Shown here: positions 55,123 to 64,000 of the stretch, in pieces
Layout: every line of letters begins with the position of its first letter
Position numbering within the stretch: the first letter of the stretch is position 1
DNA from: Eledone cirrhosa
Taxonomy: Eukaryota
Reading direction: 5' to 3'
NCBI GenBank assembly: GCA_964016885.1
Contig: OZ024741.1
Coordinates: 353,896,001 to 353,960,000, forward strand
DNA: 64,000 bases
The notes under the pieces: generated by a model
Told to the model about the DNA's origin: nothing
Database searches by the model: none
Seen by the model: only the letters and a program-made list of their open reading frames with translations
Position numbers and translations under genes: made by a program

Positions 55123-58100
55123 TTACACACTGCTTGTAGACTCTAATACTGCCGCTTACACACTGCTAGTAGACTCTAATACTGCCGCTTACACACTGCT
55201 AGTAGACTCTAATACTGCCGCTTACACACTGCTAGTAGACTCTAATACTGCCGCTTACACACTGCTAGTAGACTCTAATACTGCCGCTTACACACTGCTA
55301 GTAGACTCTAATACTGCCGCTTACACACTGCTAGTAGACTCTAATACTGCCGCTTACACACTGCTAGTAGACTCTAATACTGCCGCTTACACACTGCTAG
55401 TAGACTCTCATACTGCCGCTTACACACTGCTAGTAGTCTCTCATACTGCCGCTTACACACTGCTAGTAGACTCTCATACTGCCGCTTACACACTGCTAGT
55501 AGACACTAATACTGCCGCTTACACACTGCTAGTAGACTCTAATACTGCCGCTTACACACTGCTAGTAGACTCTCATACTGCCGCTTACACACTGCTAGTA
55601 GACTCTAATACAGCCGCTTACACACTGCTTGTAGACTCTAATACAGCCGCTTACACACTGCTAGTAGACTCTAATACTGCCGCTTACACACTGCTAGTAG
55701 ACTCTAATACTGCCGCTTACACACTGCTAGTAGACTCTAATACTGCCGCTTACACACTGCTAGTAGACTCTCATACTGCCGCTTACACACTGCTAGTAGA
55801 CTCTAATACAGCCGCTTACACACTGCTAGTAGACTCTAATACTGCCGCTTACACACTGCTAGTAGACTCTAATACTGCCGCTTACACACTGCTAGTAGAC
55901 TCTAATACTGCCGCTTACACACTGCTAGTAGACTCTAATACTGCCGCTTACACACTGCTAGTAGACTCTAATACAGCCGCTTACACACTGCTAGTAGACT
56001 CTAATACTGCCGCTTACACACTGCTAGTAGACTCTAATACTGCCGCTTACACACTGCTAGTAGACTCTAATACTGCCGCTTACACACTGCTAGTAGACTC
56101 TAATACAGCCGCTTACACACTGCTAGTAGACTCTAATACTGCCGCTTACACACTGCTAGTAGACTCTAATACTGCCGCTTACACACTGCTAGTAGACTCT
56201 AATACTGCCGCTTACACACTGCTAGTAGACTCTAATACTGCCGCTTACACACTGCTAGTAGACTCTAATACAGCCGCTTACACACTGCTAGTAGACTCTA
56301 ATACTGCCGCTTACACACTGCTAGTAGACTCTAATACTGCCGCTTACACACTGCTAGTAGACTCTAATACTGCCGCTTACACACTGCTAGTAGACTCTAA
56401 TACTGCCGCTTACACACTGCTAGTAGACTCTAATACAGCCGCTTACACACTGCTAGTAGACTCTAATACTGCCGCTTACACAGTGCTAGTAGACTCTAAT
56501 ACTGCCGCTTACACACTGCTAGTAGACTCTAATACTGCCGCTTACACACTGCTAGTAGACTCTAATACTGCCGCTTACACACTGCTAGTAGACTCTAATA
56601 CTGCCGCTTACACACTGCTAGTAGACTCTAATACTGCCGCTTACACACTGCTAGTAGACTCTAATACAGCCGCTTACACACTGCTAGTAGACTCTAATAC
56701 TGCCGCTTACACACTGCTAGTAGACTCTAATACTGCCGCTTACACACTGCTAGTAGACTCTAATACTGCCGCTTACACACTGCTAGTAGACTCTAATACA
56801 GCCGCTTACACACTGCTAGTAGACTCTAATACAGCCGCTTACACACTGCTAGTAGACTCTAATACTGCCGCTTACACACTGCTAGTAGACTCTAATACTG
56901 CCGCTTACACACTGCTAGTAGACTCTAATACTGCCTTTACACACTGCTAGTAGACTCTAATACTGCCGCTTACACACTGCTAGTAGACTCTCATACTGCC
57001 GCTTACACACTGCTAGTAGACTCTCATACTGCCGCTTACACACTGCTAGTAGACTCTAATACTGCCGTTTACACACTGCTAGTAGACTCTAATACTGCCG
57101 CTTACACACTGCTAGTAGACTCTAATACTGCCGCTTACACACTGCTAGTAGACTCTAATACCGCCGCTTACACACTGCTAGTAGACTCTAATACTGCCGC
57201 TTACACACTGCTAGTAGACTCTAATACTGCCGCCTACACACTGCTAGTAGACTCTAATACTGCCGTTTACACACTGCTAGTAGACTCTCATACTGCCGCT
57301 TACACACTGCTAGTAGACTCTAATACTGCCGTTTACACACTGCTAGTAGACTCTCATACTGCCGCTTACACACTGCTAGTAGACTCTCATACAGCCGCTT
57401 ACACACTGCTAGTAGACTCTAATACTGCCGTTTACACACTGCTAGTAGACTCTCATACTGCCGCTTACACACTGCTAGTAGACTCTAATACTGCCGTTTA
57501 CACACTGCTAGTAGACTCTCATACTGCCGCTTACACACTGCTAGTAGACTCTCATACAGCCGCTTACACACTGCTAGTAGACTCTAATACTTCCGCTTAC
57601 ACACTGCTAGTAGACTCTAATACTGCCGCTTACACACTGCTAGTAGACTCTAATACTGCCGCTTACACACTGCTAGTAGACTCTAATACAGCCTCTTACA
57701 CACTGCTAGTAGACTCTAATACTGCCGCTTACACACTGCTAGTAGACTCTAATACTGCCGCTTACACACTGCTAGTAGACTCTAATACCGCCGCTTACAC
57801 ACTGCTAGTAGACTCTAATACTGCCGCTTACACACTGCTAGTAGACTCTGATACTGCCGCTTACACACTGCTAGTAGGTTATAATACTGCCGCTTACACA
57901 CTGCTAGTAGACTCTAATACTGCCGCTTACACACTGCTAGTAGACTCTAATACTGCCGCTTACACACTGCTAGTAGACTCTAATACTGCCGCTTACACAC
58001 TGCTAGTAGACTCTAATACTGCCGCTTACACACTGCTAGTAGACTCTAATACTGCCGCTTACACACTGCTAGTAGACTCTAATACTGCCGCTTACACACT

Positions 58101-60336
58101 GCTAGTAGACTCTCATACTGCCGCTTACACACTGCTAGTAGACTCTAATACTGCCGCTTACACACTGCTAGTAGACTCTAATACTGCCGCTTACACACTG
58201 CTAGTAGACTCTAATACTGCCGCTTACACACTGCTAGTAGACTCTCATACAGCCGCTTACACACTGCTAGTAGACTCTAATACTGCCGCTTACACACTGC
58301 TAGTAGACTCTAATACTGCCGCTTACACACTGCTAGTAGACTCTAATACTGCCGCTTACACACTGCTAGTAGACTCTAATACTGCCGCCTACACACTGCT
58401 AGTAGACTCTAATACTGCCGCTTACACACTGCTAGTAGACTCTAATACTGCCGCTTACACACTGCTAGTAGACTCTAATACAGCCGCTTACACACTGCTA
58501 GTAGACTCTAATACTGCCGCTTACACACTGCTAGTAGACTCTAATACTGCCGCTTACACACTGCTAGTAGACTCTAATACTGCCGCTTACACACTGCTAG
58601 TAGACTCTAATACTGCCGCTTACACACTGCTAGTAAACTCTAATACTGCCGCTTACACACTGCTAGTAGACTCTAATACTGCCGCTTACACACTGCTAGT
58701 AGACTCTAATACTGCCGCTTACACACTGCTAGTAGACTCTAATACAGCCGCTTACACACTGCTAGTAGACTCTAATACTGCCGTTTACACACTGCTAGTA
58801 GACTCTAATACTGCTGCTTACACACTGCTAGTAGACTCTAATACTGCCGCTTACACACTGATAGTAGACTCTAATACTGCCGCTTACACACTGCTAGTAG
58901 ACTCTAATACTGCCGCTTACACACTGCTAGTAGACTCTAATACTGCCGCTTACACACTGCTAGTAGACTCTCATACTGCCGCTTACACACTGCTAGTAGA
59001 CTCTAATACTGCCGTTTACACACTGCTAGTAGACTCTCATACTGCCGCTTACACACTGCTAGTAGACTCTAATACTGCCGCTTACACACTGCTAGTAGAC
59101 TCTAATACTGCCGCTTACACACTGCTAGTAGACTCTAATACAGCCGCTTACACACTGCTAGTAGACTCTAATACTGCCGTTTACACACTGCTAGTAGACT
59201 CTCATACTGCCGCTTACACACTGCTAGTAGACTCTCATACAGCCGCTTACACACTGCTAGTAGACTCTAATACTGCCGCTTACACACTGCTAGTAGACTC
59301 TAATACTGCCGCTTACACACTGCTAGTAGACTCTAATACTGCCGCTTACACACTGCTAGTAGACTGTAATACTGCCGCTTACACACTGCTAGTAGACTCT
59401 AATACTGCCGCTTACACACTGCTAGTAAACTCTAATACTGCCGCTTACACACTGCTAGTAGACTCTAATACTGCCGCTTACACACTGCTAGTAGACTCTA
59501 ATACTGCCGCTTACACACTGCTAGTAGACTCTAATACAGCCGCTTACACACTGCTAGTAGACTCTAATACTGCCGCTTACACACTGCTAGTAGACTCTAA
59601 TACTGCCAATTACACACTGCTAGTAGACTCTCATACTGCCGCTTACACACTGCTAGTAGACTCTAATACTGCCGCTTACACACTGCTAGTAGACTCTAAT
59701 ACTGCCGCTTACACACTGCTAGTAGACTCTCATACTGCCGCTTACACACTGCTAGTAGACTCTAATACTGCCGTTTACACACTGCTAGTAGACTCTAATA
59801 CTGCCGCTTACACACTGCTAGTAGACTCTCATACTGCCGCTTACACACTGCTAGTAGACTCTAATACTACCGCTTACACACTGCTAGTAGACTCTTATAC
59901 AGCCGCTTACACACTGCTAGTAGACTCTTATACAGCCGCTTACACACTGCTAGTAGACTCTAATACTACCGCTTACACACTGCTAGTAGACTCTTATACA
60001 GCCGCTTACACACTGCTAGTAGACTCTTATACAGCCGCTTACACACTGCTAGTAGACTCTAATACTGCCGCTTACACACTGCTAGTAGACTCTAATACTA
60101 CCGCTTACACATTGCTAGTAGACTCTTATACAGCCGCTTACACACTGCTAGTAGACTCTCATACTGCCGCTTACACACTGCTAGTAGACTCTAATACTGC
60201 CGCTTACACACTGCTAGTAGACTCTAATACTGCCGCTTACACACTGCTAGTAGACTCTTATACAGCCGCTTACACACTGCTAGTAGACTCTAATACTGCC
60301 GCTTACACACTGCTAGTAGACGCTAATACAGCCGCT
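55123..60336. repeat. 33-bp minisatellite, ~158 copies, unit TACACACTGCTAGTAGACTCTAATACTGCCGCT
   Basis: Direct reading. Few variants and one 1-bp deletion near 56935. Confidence 0.98.
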
Positions 60337-60360
60337 ATATTCCTAAAAGATATTTTGCTT

Positions 60361-60603
60361 TAGAATATCTCAGGAAAGAATCGCTAGACAGATTTGACGG
60401 GCAAAACCAACCGGCTAAGGACCCAGGGATAGACCCCGAGCTTGTCTGGTCTCGCTTGGGGATCCACCCGGATTAATTGGAGACGGTTGTTTCTGACAGG
60501 ACCCACTGGAAAGAGTGTTTGAGGACTTTGCCCTTACGACTCTCTCAGGAAGAAGAAGAAGAAGAAGAAGAAGAAGAAGAAGAAGAAGAAGAAGAAGAAG
60601 AAG
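60361..60603 (+). mobile_element. RTE-like LINE 3' fragment with (GAA)n tail and a 14-bp TSD
   Basis: TSD AAGATATTTTGCTT at 60347-60360 and 60604-60617. Decayed RISQERIARQI..PTG.GPRDRPR and DRTHWKECL resemble an RTE C-terminus. Confidence 0.75.
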
Positions 60604-61230
60604 AAGATATTTTGCTTCCTATAGGATGAAGACCATGCTTCAACAGATCTATTGTGCCTGGTCGAAAATATCTTAATAGTTATTGTCTCCCTTTAGCGTT
60701 ACATTGGGATCTATATTCTCTCTTGATTATTTACAATTTTAATTACGTCGGACAATGGGACACGGGCATCACGTATGAAGAAGGAATCTGCGATTTGAAA
60801 TAGCTGATGCAACAAGTATTGCTGGGTGGTCTCCGCAGTAACGCTTTCGCCTTCTTGTCCGCGGGACACGGCTGAAAATGTCATCCAATAAAATCGTGTA
60901 GCATTTTTCTTTTTTCTTTATATTTCTTTTTTTTTGTTTTCTTTTAATCATTATATTAGAAACGTATTTTGCAACTACGTCTAAATTCTGTATAGACTTC
61001 TAGTTACCGACATGACTGTGTGTTTAAGAAGTTCCCTTTATAAGTAAATAGTTTGGGGTTCGATCGCAATGCGCTTTGACTAAACATCTTCTAACACGGC
61101 CTCGGGTCGACAAAAGCTCTGTGAATGAAATTTGGCAAAGGAAATTGTATGTAAACCCGTCAGATGAACCATTCTTATTTTTGGCTAATAGATCACCAGT
61201 TAATCCATCATCAGTTTAACCAACTGTTGT

Positions 61231-61275
61231 CGGAGTTTTGGTCGGAATGTTGCTAAGATTCCGACCAAAACTCCG
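61231..61275. other. Perfect 18-bp inverted repeat with a 9-nt loop
   Basis: CGGAGTTTTGGTCGGAAT-GTTGCTAAG-ATTCCGACCAAAACTCCG. Confidence 0.9.
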
Positions 61276-61799
61276 CTTTAAAAAGAGCTTCTCCCTTTTC
61301 TCCCATTTCTTTCGTACTCCTTCATTTTCCATCTTTAACCACCCCACCCCCCTCTCTTTCTTTTTTCTCTTTCTTTCTTGCTCTCTCTAAGAAAGAAAGA
61401 AACAAATAAACAAAGGAAACAAGAAAGAAAGATACTAGGGAAGAATGAAAGAGAGAAAGAACGAAAGAAAGAAAGAGGGAAAGAAAGTAAGAAAGAAAGA
61501 AAGAAGGAAAGAAAGGCAAGAAGAGTGTTAGTATAATGAAGAAAAGAAATATAAATGAATAGATTTTTTTGATTTTTTAATGAATGCCATTGAAATGTAA
61601 ATGAAAATGTTAGTATTTTCATCCATTTTACAAATAATAAAAACAATACGCTGGGAAAACAAGTGTGTGTGGGTGTGTATGAGTGTGTATAATGAGCAGG
61701 CGTACTGTTCCATCATTACCGTCAAAACTTCGTTATATCCATTTTCATTGTTATTGACATCGTAGTTAACACCAAAATTACAATTATTATAACAATGTG

Positions 61800-62590
61800 T
61801 AGTAGGATGATGGAATGACAGAATAATTATAGTGTCGGACAGAATGTTTTGTGGCATTCAGTTACGTCTCTTTACGTTCTGAGTTCAAATTCTATCGAGG
61901 TCATCTATGCATTTCATCCTTCCTAGATCGATAAAATAAAGTACAGACCTGCCAATCTCTAAAAACCCCAATGGGGAGTACCATGAAAGAAAGTGCCCCA
62001 AAATGGAGAGAAATGAGGCAAAATGGGGTGATTTTATATAATGAAAGCTATACCCATTTTCACAAGAGAAGACATCTCTCACCGTCGGTGTGAAAGTACC
62101 TCCCCTAAAATTACTGGCCGTCTGTCTAAATTAGAAACATCTAGAGCAAATGCTAGTAGAGTGGTAAATTAGCAGAATCGTTAATGCTATTGTTGAGATC
62201 GCAGACTGGTACAATGCCAGACAGAATATTTTAGCGGTATTTAGTTATGCACTTTCACATTCTAAATTTCAAATCCCACTGAGATAGATTTTACCTTACT
62301 TTTTCCCCCGAGTCGATGTCGATAAGAAAAGTACATCTTTGTTATTGTTCTTGTCTTCATAATTAGAGATATGTCCAGGGCGATTGATTGGTAGAATCGA
62401 TAGAGCGTCGGACAATATGTTTCATGGCATAGAGTTACGACCCTTTACGTTCTGAGTTCAAATCCCACTGAGATTAGCTTTGCCTTTCATCCATACGGGG
62501 TCGATAAATTAAATTGCACTGGGATCGATTTAATCGACTTTCCCCTCCCCGAAAATTGTTGGTCTTGTGCCTAAATCAGAAACCATAGTT
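61800..62590 (+). mobile_element. Three diverged tRNA-type SINE copies (~61800-61950, 62160-62335, 62378-62590)
   Basis: TTTACGTTCTGAGTTCAAAT..CTTTGCCTTTCATCC..GTCGATAAA. Confidence 0.7.
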
Positions 62591-63119
62591 AGAGATATGT
62601 TCTTTTATTTTCATATATATGTGTGTCTATTTGTGTGTTTATGTATGGGGGGGGGGGGGTATGTGTATATATATATGTGTGTGTGTGTGTAAGTATGTAA
62701 ATATATAATTTTCTGCAATTCTCTTACCGGTTTCAGTTAGAATGCAGCCATGAAACCTTGAAGGGATTTAGTCTACCAAATTGAAACCAGTACATACTTT
62801 TTTAAGTCTGATATATATTTTATCGATATCTTTTTGTCGCTCATATTTCAAATTTCAAATTTTATCAATGCCTTTTAAGTCAACAGCTTTGGTTACACTT
62901 CTTGAAACACGCTTAAAATCTTCTAAAAAGACGGAATTGGTGGTCGGCTTCTCATTAGAGAGACCTCCTTCGGTCACGACTGACCATGGGTTTTACACGA
63001 AGAACAAAGTCTGAGCAAGGTTTTTTGAGGAAGACCAGCAGTCACCCATGTATACCAGCCTCCTCTCTTACGCCATCGATGTTGTCCAAAGAAAAGGCAC
63101 CAGTGACGTCGTAACTTAT

Positions 63120-63250
63120 TTCTACACCTGAGTAAATTGGAGAAACGTTAAATGAAGTGTCTTACTCAAGGACACAACACATCGCCTGGGCCGGGAATCA
63201 AACGCACAACCTCACGATTTCAAGTCCAACGCTCTAACCAATAAATCATG
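63120..63250 (-). mobile_element. Second tRNA-derived SINE family, head region
   Basis: Minus strand TGGTTAGAGCGTTGG (A box) .. GTTTGATTCCC (B box) .. GTGTCCTTGAGTAAGACACTT. Related fragment at ~42045-42130 (+). Confidence 0.6.
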
Positions 63251-63376
63251 AGGCTCATTAGCAGAGTTGTTAATGCACATACCCGACATCCGAGAGATGC
63301 GGGGTGTGACTCCTCTCCGTATCCAGAGATACTTTTGATAGACAGACTGACAGACAGACAGATAGATAGATAGATA

Positions 63377-64000
63377 TGTTTCTTTTATTTGCCACCAGAC
63401 CATCAAAAGTGGGACAAGTACAATGGGGGGAGTTTACAAAACAAGGCGTCCTTAATAAGGAGGAGGCAATAACAAAATATAAAAATAAAATAAAATATAA
63501 CAGAATAAAATTTATAACAAAATCCTCAATAGAGAGGAGGTGCCTTGGGGGGTCGCACACACCCCCGAAAAAAAGTGTGCAACCCTTTTCCTCAGGAGCA
63601 CAAAGAAGGGGTGCTCCCTTGGTCTTTCATCTTCCTCACCTATAGTCTGATGTAGAGTGAAGGCCTATTCACACGGGCCATTCTCGCCACTTTCACCCAT
63701 CTTTCATAAAAACGGCTGGGGTGCAGCATCTCTCTCTCCATCCTGATCCTTCTTCCGAAATGATATCGGAAGAAACGGACCAGTTGTTGGCCAGAGAGAA
63801 AGGTGTCTGACCTCAGTCCTTTCAGACGCGTCCACCATATAACCTCTTTCGCCATGGCTATTACGCACAGAAACACCGCCTCTGCTTCATCTTTGAAGAG
63901 CGGAGGCGGCTTGATCGTTACAATAGACTCGGTGGTCAACCGGATCGGTCCCACCCTTAACAGCAGTTGTTCGACATAGCCCCACAGATCAGCAATGCCC
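63377..64000 (-). mobile_element. Tx1-like LINE copy T11, 3' end (runs off the window); same subfamily as T6
   Basis: ORF2 C-terminus 63640-64000. 3'UTR very similar to 27571-27834. GACA/GATA tract 63337-63376. Confidence 0.93.

Noticed and set aside
55109-56950. 613-aa ORF as a real protein
   Set aside because: Pure minisatellite translation with a TTG start, ending at a 1-bp indel.
55123-60336. 33-bp repeat array as a CRISPR array
   Set aside because: Units are contiguous with no unique spacers, there are no cas genes, and the context is eukaryotic.

Overview
Eukaryotic, AT-rich, repeat-dense DNA. The SINE and microsatellite landscape looks cephalopod/Octopus-like (inference), and I recognise no host gene. 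About 60% of the window is 11 copies or fragments of a Tx1-clade (L1 group) non-LTR retrotransposon family, with a zinc-knuckle ORF1 and an APE-RT-zinc finger ORF2. Most copies lie head-to-tail in one orientation inside (GATA)n tracts, which suggests microsatellite-specific targeting. A ~500-bp tandem array at 17.7-22.2 kb carries a minimal type I hammerhead ribozyme in each complete unit (retrozyme or Penelope pseudo-LTR-like). A 338-bp near-perfect palindrome carries a different minimal hammerhead in each arm, and further degenerate hammerheads occur elsewhere. The window also holds a fold-back inverted duplication, a 5.2-kb 33-bp minisatellite, tRNA-type SINEs, two MITEs, and RTE- and CR1-like LINE relics. 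All calls were made by eye, and boundaries are approximate unless stated.
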